Part shown: positions 1 to 13,444 of the stretch, piece after piece
Position numbering within the stretch: the first letter of the stretch is position 1
Layout: the number at the start of each line of letters is the position of its first letter
NCBI GenBank assembly: GCA_051942165.1
Contig: JAVECS010000020.1
Location: 1 to 43,680, forward strand
Reading direction: 5' to 3'
From: Circinaria calcarea
Lineage: Eukaryota
DNA: 43,680 nt
The notes under the pieces: model-generated
The model's input: only the letters and a program-made list of their open reading frames with translations
Told to the model about the DNA's origin: nothing
Database searches by the model: none
Translations under genes and position numbers: made by a program

Positions 1-174
1 TGCCCGCTTCTTGGCCAATTGATCCGGTGTGAGGTTGGCCACGCCTCGAGAGCCCGAGGCCGACCCTCGCCGTCTCTTGTTCGACCGAGGCGCGCTGGAG
101 ACGGTGTCGGTGGGGGAGGGCGCCGCGGTACTGGGCGACAGCCTGCCATCGTCTTTATGCGCGTAGTCGGACAT
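1..174 (-). CDS. 5' end of a fungal bZIP transcription factor (DUF3425-type family), running off the window edge
   Basis: Manual translation from ATG at 174 gives MSDYAHKDDG...SNKRRRGSASGSRGVANLTPDQLAKKRA. This is the conserved lead-in to the basic region (…LAKKRANDREAQR…) of this family. Not in the ORF track. Confidence 0.8.
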   Translation of the reverse strand, partial: MSDYAHKDDGRLSPSTAAPSPTDTVSSAPRSNKRRRGSASGSRGVANLTPDQLAKKRA

Positions 175-734
175 GCCCAGCAGGACTAAAGTCCTGCCTA
201 CCTCATGAAGTTACTCCGTACCCTGTAATTGCGGTAATGCGTGGATGGAGTTATTCTCCGAGACGAGAGCTTATTACCTTAGTCGAGGGAGCACGCAGCA
301 CTGGTGACCGCAGAGAACCCTTGTTGAATTGGCACCCTGCCTTTCGATAGGTATACGATTATTGTCAGCTAACGACCCTTTCCCTCCCAATCCTTCTCGT
401 CAACTTTCCCGCTTACTTTGCTTCGATTCACCGAGTCATTTGGGGGGTTTTGTTTTTTTTTGTAATGCTCGGATGATGTTAGGTAGGCCCGGAATAACAG
501 TACTTCCAGCTAATCGATATCTCGTCTACAAGGCCACCCCGCATGGCTTTATATAGCTCTATTGTACATCCACAACGGAGCGATGTCATGCTAGTGGACC
601 TACTGTGGCCAATACGAATAAACAGTTTTTGCCAGCCTACCCTCCGTGCTTTACAGTATCAGGCCTAGCCTGTCGGTGCCGTACTCCCGAGCATAACAAG
701 TTTCTAGTAAAAAAGACCTAAACCCCCCAACTAT

Positions 735-893
735 GAAATACTGTATATGTGTAAAGTGTTGTGAAGGGGAATACTCGGGGGATCGCTGAGATATGGAGCG
801 AATAGCCGGCCCAATTAGCGCTGTTTCCCCGCTATCTTCTCCAGGCGCTCCAATCATAGCATTCGGTTATTTTTGGCTGGTTCGGCAATGCCG
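735..893 (+). repeat. Non-coding module B, copy 1
   Basis: ctcgggggatcgctgagatatggagcgaatagccggcccaattagcgctgtttccccgctatcttctcc...ttggctggttcggc aligns with the reverse complement of 30197-30350. Confidence 0.85.
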
Positions 894-1004
894 CCGAATT
901 GCGCTGCGAGGTTACCACGTGATTGCGACACTTGGCGCGGACTTTTTAAATTTTAACGTACCTTTCTGCCTTGTGTAAACGCGTTGCGGAGAGCAGTGTA
1001 CGGA

Positions 1005-1110
1005 CGGGGAATATCGCCAGAATTGGGCTCAAACCCCATTAGCGCTTTCAGAAAATCAGACGGGGGTATCACCAGGCCGGCCAAAAAGCAAGCGCTCATG
1101 GGATTTAGTT
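1005..1110. repeat. Non-coding module C, copy 1 (imperfect internal inverted repeat)
   Basis: ggggaatatcgccagaattgggctcaaaccccattagcgctt matches 34174-34215. ccaaaaagcaagcgctcatgggattta (1081-1107) matches the reverse complement of about 34198-34224. The two halves are partly complementary to each other. Confidence 0.75.
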
Positions 1111-1225
1111 TTGCAGATCGTACTAACAGCTGTTGCCCATCCGACCACAGTTGGTTTTATTTATAAACAACAAAATGGTGTCCAAGTAACCAACATCACA
1201 GCTTCATATAAACGTGGAATAGAAG

Positions 1226-3486
1226 ATGGAACAGCAGATTGCCAGACTTCAGCAAGAACTTGAGCAGGAGCGACGCCGACGCGAAGAAGCTGAAGAGTCT
1301 TCCAGGTTGACGACACTCCTAGAGTATCTCAAAATTTGTCACGAATCCTTCAATGCACCCACAGTCGTCACGGAGAAATCTTTAACAACTCAAGGCGACA
1401 CGACAGATCCAGACAATATCCACTCCGTATCATTCCCTGGGACGACTTTGTAACGGAACAAGATGAGATCTAGGGGCAGTTATTGACCCACTTAGAGTTT
1501 CTGTCGCTGAGGCAGTTCCCCTCCTCCAATAACGTGGAATACCTTCGCGAAACCCTCGGCCCGATCAGCTCAGAGGATGGCGTTGTACGCTACGGAAGCA
1601 GCATGATCGAAATCCCCGTACGGACGCTGATCGAAGCAGTGTATGAAGCTAAACTCCCGGATGCATTTAGTCTCCCAGGGAAGGTGGTTTTCCAAAGCCA
1701 CAGCAATTTGGCGCAGGGGAGTGGGAAGACAATTAAGGAAGGGATAGAGCAGATGTCAATCACTGGACCGAGTACCCCGATTCAGACGAGGGGAAAGACG
1801 AGGGAACAAGGGAGAGGGGCAGATAAGGGCACAGGGGTAGTCAAGCAGAGCGATTCCAAGAGCAGTGTTCGGAGAAGAGCTGGAATGTCGGATCGATTCT
1901 GCATACTTGAGGCAGACAGGGGACAAGCTACTATCATGATGACTGAATACAAGCCGCCTCACAAATTCTCATTGGACAATATAATCGCCGGACTCCAGTC
2001 GGGTGGGGAGATTTGCCCGGCCAAAGATATAATCGGAGAGGAGGGAACGAGCTTCGAATTCCAGTCGAAATGTCTGGTGGTTGCTGTGATCACGCAGCTT
2101 TTCTCGGACATGATCCGGAAGGGTTTGCGATGGGGCTATGTCTGCACCGTAGAAGCCAACATCTTCCTTCATATCCCCGACCATCCTTCGGATGTGTACT
2201 ACCACATTTCGATACCGAAGATTGACTACGAGAAAGCTAAGGAGAACAGTCTACACCGCGTGGCAGTTGCAGAGGTGTTTGCATTTGTCATGCGCGCAAT
2301 GAGGAACGAGGCACCCAACCAGTTATGGCGTGACGAGGCAGAAAAGCTACCAACATGGCCTAATGAACGTATCGATATTTTGAAAGATATCCCACCAACC
2401 CCCGGTGTGAGCGACGTCGAAGGCAGCGACTACAAGTCGAAGTACGTGGACGCCTATTGTAGCTCGCCGATCATTTTACGCCCTCGTAAGCAACTCCCGG
2501 CCTGCAAGGAGGCCGAAAATGATACATTTCATAGGGGCGATCGTGATGGTCACGATGATGGAGATGAGGAAGTCCCTAGCATGCCAAGACCCGCGCAGGG
2601 TAATAGTCAGGGCATGCGTGGGAGCCAAAATGCAGCCCCGAAGGGACGAGCAAGCAGTGAAACCACCAGTGGAACTGGCAAATACAATGACGGCGGTCGG
2701 AAGCGGATTGAGGCGATGTCGAGACCCAGGATCGAGGATCGGCCGTACTGCACACATAGCTGTCTGCTTGGGCTCGCCTTTGGCGGCGCGATGGACAAGC
2801 AGTGTCCTAATATTCAAGATCATCCTAAGCAGCACATTAACCAGGAAAATTTTCTCCGCCTCGTTCGTGACCAGCTTGCCACTGACCGTGGAAGCGATGC
2901 CGACTGCAAGCCATTGGGCATCAAAGGGGCACGTGGGGCGCTTTTTAAAGTCAGACTATCTTCACATGGATATATTGTAGCAGCGAAGGGAGTGGAGTCG
3001 CATAATCTTCGTTACCTTCAGCACGAGCACAATATTTATAAGAATCTTTGTTCTATTCAAGGGGAGCTCATTCCAGTCTGTCTTGGATCCGCAGCACTCA
3101 GACTCCCATGGTATTATGACATTGGTAGATATGTCAACATGCTCTTCCTTAGTTGGGCTGGGCGGCCACTCATGAACTACCTAGACCACAGCAATAAAGA
3201 ACTCTTCATCGACGCGACAACTCGTGCTCTGGAGTCTTTGCACAATCTCAAGGTGCTGCACAGAGATGCTGAACTAAGAAATATACTATTGGATGGGCAA
3301 AGCCGGCGTCTTATGTTTGTGGATTTTGAGCGAGCAGAACTCCTTGCTAGGCAGCCTTTGGGTAGCATCTCGCCGAATCGGAAGAGAAAACTGAGTGAGG
3401 GGAAGCAGACAGTAAAAAAAGATGATTTTAGTCTCGAAATACGCCGCGCTAGCGAGTGCATTTCCAGTTACGTAAGTTCAAAATAG
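1226..3486 (+). pseudogene. Spok (spore killer)-like nuclease-kinase protein with a frameshift and a stop near the 5' end
   Basis: N-terminal coiled coil (EQERRRREEAEE), TTLLEYLKICH...TTQGDTT, then after a frameshift near 1415 YPLRIIPWDDF, and TAG at 1471 (probably TGG). Open frame 1474-3486 carries the nuclease motif DRFC...EYKPPHK (1945), the Cys cluster YCTHSCLLGL...CPN (2746) and the kinase motifs VAAK, LHRDAELRNIL (D at 3265) and DFE. This is the Podospora SPOK domain order. Confidence 0.85.
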
Positions 3487-6400
3487 GCCTCATTGAGATG
3501 ATTTTGACTGCATAAGGACTCGCTTTATTTAACCTATTTTATTTGTAGTGATAGTAGAGTAATAAAATCCAGCTGCAGTGGTTTCGGTCTTAATAGCCGC
3601 TCCCATTACCGTCATATAGCAAACCCCTTCTCTATCCTGTTCGCGAGATGTCAAAAGTCCACAGCCTGCAAACTATGAGGCTTTGGTTGCTGTTGAGACT
3701 TTTTGCATGTTACCGGAATACTGGTTTTTGATAGCTTGATGCTTGGTAAAAACTGCTTCCTTCGAGAATCCTGTGTGACTCCTTTCTATTCTTCTAGCAA
3801 TGGCCTCTGCAGCCAGGCTCTTGCCCCTCTAATAAAAGCAACTGCGTTTTCTGCCGGAAATGCCAGCAGTTGATCAGGCAATCCGCGCTTTTTTCCCCAA
3901 AACGTCCACCCCTGTGCTGTAAGTCTTGGCAGACAAGGGGTTATATTCGCAGCCACTGACTTTCTAAACCAACCTCTACTCCTTCCCCTATGGATTTTGG
4001 ATGTCTCAACGCCAAATCAGAGGTTGTCGTGCCCTCCTCAATTTATCTTTTCTTGCTTGCGCTCTCTGTGATGATGCAATGAGTATTAAAGATTTTCTCT
4101 ATTGCGTCCGGCCTCTGTGGAAGGCCAAACTCGTCGTCCTCGTTGTACACGATATATGCGAATAAAGCCTGGTATGGGTTGACGTCGGGTGCATGTTGGA
4201 ATTTCAAGGAAAGCACTGGATGTTGAGCAGCATGTATGGTAGCATGCATGAATTGGTATGTGTGTGTGTAACTAAGTAAGCTACCTATGCTACGAAAAGT
4301 GCTTTTGTGGGTGTGTGGAGAGTGTAGAGCATGCATTACCGGTAGGTAACACATGACTCGGTAAGCCCTCTATGCCTTCCAACATATATAGAGTGTAGAT
4401 AGCTCGGGGTAAACGACCTAGTGTGCACAGACAAGGTTTATATACGCAACAAGATATACAGCCTTAACACCATCCATTCCGAGATGTCCAGACTCTATAC
4501 CATTATTTATGCATGAAGAAAGCGAGCCAGCCCGGGTGATATGCAAGCCAGCCGGAAGGCCGGGTTGCTTTTGAATTTTGAAAGCAACGGGCTAATCAGA
4601 ATGCAGGTAGCTGAAGCCAGTCAGAAAACTCGAACCTTGAATATGTAGCTGTTTTCCAGTTTTGGGTCCATCACAAGTATGTTAATTTAAAAGGAGTTAT
4701 CGTCTCTCAAATGCTTACTGACCTAATTGGTTCGATATTCTAAAGTTTCACATACGAGTACTCTTGGGAGAATATTTCTCAGTTGAAAAGGATTGCCGAA
4801 CTATTCTGTAAAATAATGCTCGAAAGGGAGAGTTCTTAAGACTAGAAATGATAACAAGATGGTTTCTTTTATATATCAGAGCTCCCCTGATAGCATAGCC
4901 TACCAGAAACATCAATGCGTGCGTAACTGGTTCAATCGTTCCCGTTACTCTAAACCGAAAAAACGGATATCAATATGATGATGGAGAATCCTCCCAGTTT
5001 ACAGCAGTGAGCTCGAAGGAGAATTGGGTATCTATACAGAGTCGGCAAAGGCCTACATCGTCCCTGGTACCCGAATGTCAAAAAGACTTACTAACCGCCG
5101 CAGAGAAAACACACTTCAGCGTGAACCATACGCCTCTCACTTCTGACGTTACAGAGTCCGGCTCTGGCTCTGGAACTTGCACATGGTGCAATATCGACTA
5201 GAATGTAGCTACAGGCATAGACATGGGTGATATAGATGCACATATTGCCACTCGGGACACCTCCAGCTATCGAGTAGTGAAGGATATATGGAGTATGGGC
5301 GGTCGCTGCCGCAAAACCAGTCAATCTGGATGTTGAATTTTCCTAGGTAGAGTAAGAGGCTCTGGTAGCGTTGGCCTTCTTCCTACGCGTTATTATCATT
5401 CTATAGGGACGGACTCGATTTCGCATACCTCTGGGTGTAGTAATGTCTTTCCAATTGAGTAGACCTTTTCTTGGTGGACTACGTGGTGAAGGAACGAAGC
5501 AAGGCGGAAATGAAGTAGAGTTGTTATAGGGACGAGCACCCAGGTTGTTGGGTTACTGAATTCGAAGTCGTGTGAACACCTCCTGACTCGTCAGACATGT
5601 TCGGGATCCATTTTATTGGAGCTATGCCAGTATTATTGGATCGATATATATTACCGTAACCTCATTAGACTATCAATCGCTGCTATCGAGAAAAGCTGGA
5701 GGCTCACTCCTGGCCGAAATCATGCCGGCGGAGCCAGGATTGGGCTGTTGTGTGTAAGGAGGAGGCTTCATGTAAGACATACAGGTCTGTCATAATCATG
5801 CATGTATTGCGGTATGTAGACATGCCAATGGCTTCTAGATATATTAAACCAATCACGGAAAAGGTAGTGTCTCAAACACAGATACTCGAAATCCTTACCT
5901 ACCTTATCCTATTTCCTCTCTGTCCGTATGTCGTCAGGAAATAACAGAGATCATGCCGTTGATCGACCGACTATCCGTTGATCGGTTGCATTCGATAGCT
6001 GAAGGTAATCTCGTGTCTATACTTCCCGCGGACGGAAGTAGCTGACGAGCCTTTACTCTTTGGTGTGTGTGCATAGCTCTTCTTACTTTGCTGAACGGCC
6101 TACACACCAGAATCATGCGTATTGTACTTAGCAAGACGCCCGACCACTCTTCCGGAGATGTTGAGGTTGTACACCTAATATTGACCTACGGAGCTATAAA
6201 TGTAGCTTCCATATCTCTTTCCAGTGGTCCCTTGATGACTATGATGCACTCCCACGTTTTGTCGAGGACCATTGAGATTACATGTGCCGTACCGTTTTCT
6301 GATTTGAAGAGTGGAATTTGCAGCTGTTTGACGTTGTATTCCTGCAATGCACTACGTTCAAGGATCATAGAATTTCTGCATGTTCATGTAACTAGGTAAG

Positions 6401-7797
6401 AGCAAGAGAGTTCGCTGAAAATACTGGTCGGCTTACGCCAGCCCCAACAACCCCAGCTGCCTATTTGTCTCAGAAGCTCAGACTGCTTTTGCTTCGCTGC
6501 CGGGTATTTTTCGGAATGGCTGTATGTAGTTAGTAGATGCTAAAAATAGCGTGCGCGCGAAGCGCAGTCTGAGGGAATTATCCAGCCTTTTTGGTGAGGG
6601 GAACAACATTTTTGTGTGAGAGGTGTTTTTTTCGAATTTATCAACAACTAATTAATAGAATTTAATATGGCTTATAATACTCGCTCTAAACGTCCTTTCG
6701 AATAAATTGTCAGAGCGGATTCTTCTATTATGCCTGCGTTAAGGCCCTAGAAACGCCGCCGTTCTGGTTCAGCTCTTTCCTCTCCTATTTTTACCCCCTA
6801 TATACAGAGGTTCTGTATGGAAAACAGAAGCTATATAAAGAATAGAGGTTCTAATAGTGGGTCTAAGATGTTCAATGGCAGTTTACTGCGAGCAGGGTCG
6901 TGTAATAGGTAGTTATAGGCGTTTATACTAAATTATGATCTTGGGTTATTAGCTTTTTGGTCAACAACCACTGGGTGGAATTAATTACTTCATGGGTTAT
7001 ATAATAGAGCAGAATATTTAGCACAGATTGTCAGAGCGAATTTAATTAAATTATGCGTGGTGGTTACGTGGTTGGTAAAAATCATGTTTTGGCTGCTCGG
7101 GAAGTTCGCGACACGTTTTAAGTAAATCCTTAACAAAGTTCGCGATTCCCAAAAAGGGCTATGTAATATCGGATCGAATAACCTTTTTTACGCGGAGCTA
7201 GTACGAAAGAAGTCTGAGGCCTCCGGAGTTTACGGAGGTGGCACTGAGGCAACGTGCCACCATCCAAACAGAAATCCCTGGAAATCCTCTGGATTTGGTC
7301 AAGCGCCATAGTCGTTTATGTGACAGGTCGGCATGCAATCGGTCAGTCTCTTTATCTTTTCTGCATGTACCCGGATTCCGAGGCATTTATCCCGGCGCAA
7401 AGTATGCAAAGAATGTGGGCTAGGAAATCGGCATCTTTTCCGAATAGCTCCTCTGAACCTGTGGCAGCGGGCGATGCGAGCTTCTCCCATGTGACGCTTG
7501 AAAAGCGTGGCTGCAGCCGTAAAACGCCGCGAAAAACGGTCAATACATCATGCTAGAATCGAGGTCACCAGCAAAGGCGTGGACAGGTCGTTTTGTTCTG
7601 GCCACGCAGAGCTACACATGGAGCTTGGGACCTCCGCTTCAGTCATCACAAGCACCCTCCCCTGCCGGGTAGGGAATAAAGATGCAGAATGTCGCAGGAA
7701 TGCAAGGACATTCCACGCTGCGTTGCCCTACTTTCCATTTCACTTTATCAATCTCATTCGGTCTCCCTCCAGGGCGTCCACACCGTTCGGGTCCTCA

Positions 7798-9883
7798 ATG
7801 CCCTTACTGACCATGGCCGAACAACATACCAAAGACCGCCCATCACACAGGTCTTGTATTCAAGACATTCCCCCCGAGCTCATGACGGAAATATTGACGT
7901 ACGCTCTTCTGCTTTTGCCCAACCCTACTATTAGCAGTCGATGCCGGATTAGCGGCGACCTTCACCGGTCAAGCTGCCTGCGGCTAAGAGCGGTATCTGG
8001 TACGTACTACGCCCTTTTGTTTTCCCTCAGAGAGACGTGTCCCCCCCGCGCGACTGATATGATTCAAGCAAAGTTTAGGAACATCATCCATGCAAACGTT
8101 ATGCCCAACCCAGAGAGCGTTGCTGCGATGATTTGTACCGACCTTGTGCCAGACATACGCCCGCTCCTACGTTTACTCAAATGCGTTGGAAAATCCGAGC
8201 CTCTCCGCTCGGAGCAGTTGTTGGCACTGCACAATGAAGCGACTGTGCACAACCACGATTTTATTATGCGTATACTTGTACAAGGTCCACCTATCGATCC
8301 ATCTCGGCGCCTTGATGTACCTGGAAGAACGATACATGCTAATTCCATTGGCACATTCAAGATACTACTTGACCATGGCTTTAACGATTACGCTGAATCC
8401 GACATAGACATATTTCGACTCTTACGGCAGCCTCTCATCGCGGTCATTATGTACGACCGTCTCGAAATGCTGGAGTTGCTCCTACACTCCAAAACCCCTA
8501 TTGAAGTGCAACTAGCTGCCGTAAGTCGGGGAAGGGTTATTAGTGAAAGCTGTGACTCGAATATATGGGTAGCGCAGGCACTGGCTTTGTCATGTGGAAA
8601 CGATACCCTCTCTCTCTTTTCCGCCCTATCGGCCAAATCACACTGGAAAGACGATGCTTCTCTTGAGTTGCGGACCGTCCTCCTCTTCCACGCGGTTGCA
8701 GGCCCTACAAGGTCATCTTTGGGCCGTGACTATAAGCCACATCATGTATGGTGGAATCCATGGATAAATAGCATTCTATTCTGGATAGAAGAACTCCGCA
8801 AGAATCGGCAAATCTTCCCAGCAGAAGTTGAAACAAATTCCCCAGAACCGACGCCGCGATGTTATCTCGTCCAAGAATTTCTGGAGACGAAGGCAGATCC
8901 TAGCTTGGCGGTCTATGGCGGGAAGACGGCGTTGTACCAGGCCGTTCTTCATCACGCTGGAGTGAAGATTTTGGAGTTGCTGTGCAAGCGATCAATCGAG
9001 TACTCCACTTCATCTCCTGCTCATGTCCCACCCCCCGCTAGGACCGCAGGGTACCCAGTGTTTGCTCGATCACGGTGCTCGGATTGACGTGGTCGATTAT
9101 GATGGGAATACCCCATTGCATGTAGCGATGCTACATTGCCACGAAAGCCCCTCGTTCTCCGCTTCACGAGCCCGCAACCTGCATCTGCTACTGAGCCACA
9201 GGCCCGTAATTCACTCTGTAATCAATCAACGCAACCGGTATGGCGAGACCGCCCTGTACATTGGCGTCGCCGGCTGCCACACTTGCTCCCGGTTCGATCA
9301 ACCACCCAGGACTCGCAGCTGTATGCAGGAGATGGTAAGAAAGCTGGTTGAACTCGGCGCTGATATAGATTCTCCTGACCATCAAGGCCGCACCCCGCTC
9401 CACAATGCGATAGCCGGAAAGTCCATGGCGATGGCGGACCTCCTGCTCACGCTCGGTGCAAATATTCACTCCCGTGATAAGGAAGGATACACATTACTAC
9501 ACCAAGCAGTCCTCTCTGGGGTTGTCAGTCTAGCGGAGCGTCTCTTATTCGGCGTGAACGTCAATTCCTACGACCGGGGAGGTTGGACTCCGGTACGCCA
9601 GGCGGCCTACTCTGGATCAGCAGAAATGACCGAACTTCTGCTATCGCATGGCGCTGATCCTGCAGTTCGGGACGAAAACTACTATTGCCTCGATTTTTGT
9701 ACCGCATGCTTCCCTAGGGTTCGAGATGTTTTACGCCGTTACCTACAAGAGAAGCCCATTCTGTCATCTCCGTCGATTGTTCGCCGTAGTAGTCAGAGAG
9801 GAATGCTTTTTGCCGGCATTCCTTTACAACTAGATGAGGATAGTGCTCCCCTACACCGTACTACCGGAGTGCTAGCGGATTAG
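7798..9883 (+). CDS. F-box-like plus ankyrin-repeat protein, apparent frameshift near 9030 (possible pseudogene)
   Basis: IQDIPPELMTEILTYAL...LRLRAVS is F-box-like. Probable intron 8000-8068 (GTACGT...ctgat...AAG). Ankyrin repeats GKTALYQAV, GNTPLHVA, GETALYIGV, GRTPLHNA, GYTLLHQA, GWTPVRQA. The frame changes in the C-run near 9030. Confidence 0.75.
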
Positions 9884-10249
9884 GAATTGTTAACGCGTCG
9901 AAAGTTGGAGGTATATGGCTGAGTGGGATGTGCAAGGGCGGAGTCGAGTATTGTGGTTGAGTCGCTGCTACTGGGAGCACTAAAGGCAACATAATATGAA
10001 GTCACTGCTACGGCTCGATGAATATGTAGATGTTGAAATTGTGTGATGTTCTGAACTTGCTATTCTACTCTGTTATTGCTGAAAAACTCGCGTTTTGGTT
10101 ATTTTCAATGCCCATCCCTCTAAAATTGAGCTTTATTACTCCGTGATTATGCATTAAACTATATTAGCCCAGCTCGGCTTCACTACCGAAGGTAAAGATT
10201 TTCCCGGGTGAAAGACCCTCAGAGGAGTGCTCGTTAATATATTGGACTG

Positions 10250-12700
10250 GAAGTAGCAGCGAGCAGAAGTACTCGGTATCTCAATGCCTCCACCTTCGGG
10301 TTAGGGTACACGGGTGGTACCCCACATGAGCTTCTGGGATGGAAGAGGTGCAGCCAGGGGGTGCGCCACGTACAATTGTAAGGCTGACAAACAGCGGATT
10401 ACGATAGACCGCCATCCTGCTCCACCTTCGCCGCAACCTTCGGCCTCGTTTCTCCATCCTGCTGTTCCTGCTCGCTAAAAGCAAGCTCCTTCTTCTTCGC
10501 GTCTTTCGCCGCTACCTTCAAAATCATAATATCATCATCAACCTGCTTTCCCCCCCGCCAATTGCCACAGCCGCAAGCCTTCTTCCCTAGACGGCTTCAA
10601 CACCCTATCACTACGCCTAGTACTAAGAAGGCTGTTGTGAATCCAGCTCCTTGTTGGGAAGAGCTTATATGCACTTTGATAGGGACAAAGAGGGTGGGCA
10701 TGGGAGTGGTGAAGTCGATTGGTCCAACGGGTAGAGTTCGTGATATCGAACGTGAAGGATTTGGACTAGGTCGTTGTAAGCTTGACCTGATAGGAAGCAT
10801 GCTGGGCCCAAGAAGAATAAATGCTCATTGCCCTGGGTGTCGCGGTGGATCGTGCCGTCACCTTCGACGATGTGATCACTCTTGACGATAGGATTAACGT
10901 CGTCCTCTACAACCTCTACCCTAGCATTAGTAGCCTCTTGATCCCGATTGCACACTACTTCCTCGTTCAGCTCCCTCAACTTGGCTTCGTGCTGCTCTTC
11001 TCTTTCTTCGTCCAACGTCTAGCCATCCTATCTTACTCCTTTTAATCTGCCCCGGCCTGGTCAAAGCTCATGACTTTCTATTTTGAATGATCAGATCCTT
11101 CCAGGTTAGTGGCGCGTCTAGAAATCTTGCAAATTCAACTTCTCTCTTCTTCTCCTTTGCTGGTAAAGGCTGACTACTTTGCTAATAACTTTATTAGGCT
11201 TTTAATTTGGTTCTGTGTTTGTAGCAGATAAGCAAGTTTGATGATATTGACCACGATACCTCGCAATATACTATAGACACATTTGCAGAATGATCCGGTC
11301 TTCCAAGTATCCAACATCAATTTCATCATCAGCTTCGACCAATGCCATCCTCCATAGGCTTCGTCAGCCAATTGACGAGCTCCCTCTTTCGTTTCCTACT
11401 CGGGAACTAATGCAGCAGCTGCTAGATCGCCCAGTTGCACCGTCGTAGCGTCACATGTAGCTGTTGCTTCCTGCGTCCCCAACCCCGCTCTTTTTGCTTC
11501 TGCTTTGCTAACCTTCTAGAAGTTTTAGGGTTCGTCGAGCTGGCAATCAAGCCAAACGCTTGGTTGGAAACTACAACACGTAGTATCAGCACCGCTTGTT
11601 GTACCATGTTGGGGCATCCATGCAATGAAAGATCTGAGTGAATGCTACCGGCGATTCCGAATATAATGGCAAAAGGCAACTGGGAAGGTCATGCCAGTGT
11701 TACTGACTTCACAGAAGTGGAAAGGAGTGAGCATCAAATGGTGAATGGGAACTACCCTCGGAAAAAAAAAGACTTAAGTTCGGTATCAACAAATTTTTGG
11801 TTTATTTGGCTCCCACCACTTAAGAATGATACCCGTCTGTATCATGAATGTACTTACATACCTCACCAGGGTCAATGGATAAAGAAATAGACGAAGATTC
11901 ATTCCAAGATCTAATCAAGCTCCCTGCTGCCGTCGTCCATCCATACCGTTTTGATCAGCGGCATAACTTAGAGGCCCATGGCTTTCACTCGAGCATGCGA
12001 TTCCGCTACCGCCATATCTTTGGCTATTCTTCTTCTTGGATCTGATAACTAGGTTGTAGAGTCCAGGGTTAAGTAAGTTAAGTCTAGGATTTTTATAAAT
12101 GGCCTGACGACCTGAGTAGGACAACTGACCTCTTGGCTTAGTGAAGTCGTCGCCAAATCTTTCCTCCCGGCCGAACTAGGTCCGCGTCTTACGGAATGGA
12201 TCCGGGCACGGGACAGAATTTAACGAGTTAACACCACTCAAGCGGCTCCCAAATTTTCCATCCCAGTCTTTTGGCGCCGATACCGCCTCAGCTTTTACCG
12301 GCCTTTTCCTCTCTCCTCTGTGCAAACACCCACTGCCATCCAGCCACGGCGTATCCATCGTTCTCCTTGCCTTATGTTTCACTTCCTCCGTTTATGTTGT
12401 CAACCGGTATCATCCAAGCAGTCACCAGGCAGTGTTTTCGAAATTCTTTCATCTCGAAAGTCGGCTAGTTAATTCATTCCCGAAGACATCACTGAACGTG
12501 CTGGTTGGCCAAGTCCACCTCAGATTTACGGCCCGACCTGGCTTTCTCGGCGATTTTGAAGAGGGTGGATTGGTCCAAGACAACGGAGGGGAGCATGGCA
12601 TTCTTAAAGGTATTGTTGAAGGGAATAATGGTACAGATATTGCCAAAATCGAGGAGAGCAAAGGGGGCGTATTGATTGGAGCTGCCATAGCCGAAGTTAG
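10250..12700 (-). mobile_element. Degenerate Mutator-like (MULE) transposase
   Basis: Fragments across several frames, in MULE order: NSVPCPDPF, LYNLVIR, SNTGMTFPVAFC, SESPVAFTQIFHCMD, RVVVSNQAFGLIAS, ILQMCL*YIA. Many stops and frameshifts. Boundaries approximate. Confidence 0.7.
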
Positions 12701-13444
12701 GATCGGTTACAACGAGTCTGCATTGCGGTAGGGGTTTCTCTGAAGGACGAAGCCTGGCTTTTCGGAGCTGTTTAGATTATATTGTAAAGCATACCTAGAG
12801 GAGAGTAGAATGTGGTATATTCTCGCTTTTCTCAAACCCTGATTCCGGCGTTCTTCCACCTTGAGATAATCAAAAATTCTATACTTTTCTTGCAAGGCCG
12901 CACTACTTCTAGAACACCACTCTCAGCATTGGTCCACGCGGCTATGAAGGGCTTGTGGTGTGATTATATTTCTTTGCGATACACATCCTCGATTCGATGT
13001 CAAAAGAGAAATTGTGTTCGCTCATTCTCTACCCTTCAACTTGCATACCAAGCTTACTGCGTGTTTCGGTTTCTACTTTCAGCCACCGCTTCGAGTAAAA
13101 CTCAAACGGCTGAGGTGTACGCTCCGGGAAGATTGATACGTCCCGCCAATCTCGAACTCGCCAGGCGGCAGTATCCTGAACAGACGGGCGGAATCCGTCA
13201 TGCCCAATCTTAAATCCTCTCGCAGATACTACAGCACATAGGTACGGCGTCTGCTTTTTTTTTGGCGATATCATTCCTGGGCCACTCTCATCTCACACAT
13301 TAGACGCTGCTGTGCACTCGAATTTCACATGAAATAAAATATTGGTGCTGGCCACCGTGATAGCTGGAAAACGCGCAGCTGCGTACGACTTGGACATGGA
13401 GATATATTCTTGAAGGCCGGTGGCATTGATGATGTGATCAGGGG

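Noticed and set aside
793..978. Similar short ORFs at 793-978 and 30112-30297 as a small-protein family
   Set aside because: The similarity is explained by the nucleotide repeat B. It extends upstream of the ATG, includes indels and ends mid-ORF.
4221..4451. Possible solo LTR (TGTTG...CAACA, GT-rich)
   Set aside because: No matching 5-bp TSD and no second copy in the window.
3600..6400. Gene remnants suggested by short ORFs
   Set aside because: No motif I can recognise, and the frames are interrupted by stops.
6540..6570. GCGCGCGAAGCGC hairpin next to an A-run as a Helitron-type terminus
   Set aside because: Too short, about 19 kb from the RepHel remnant, and no matching other end.
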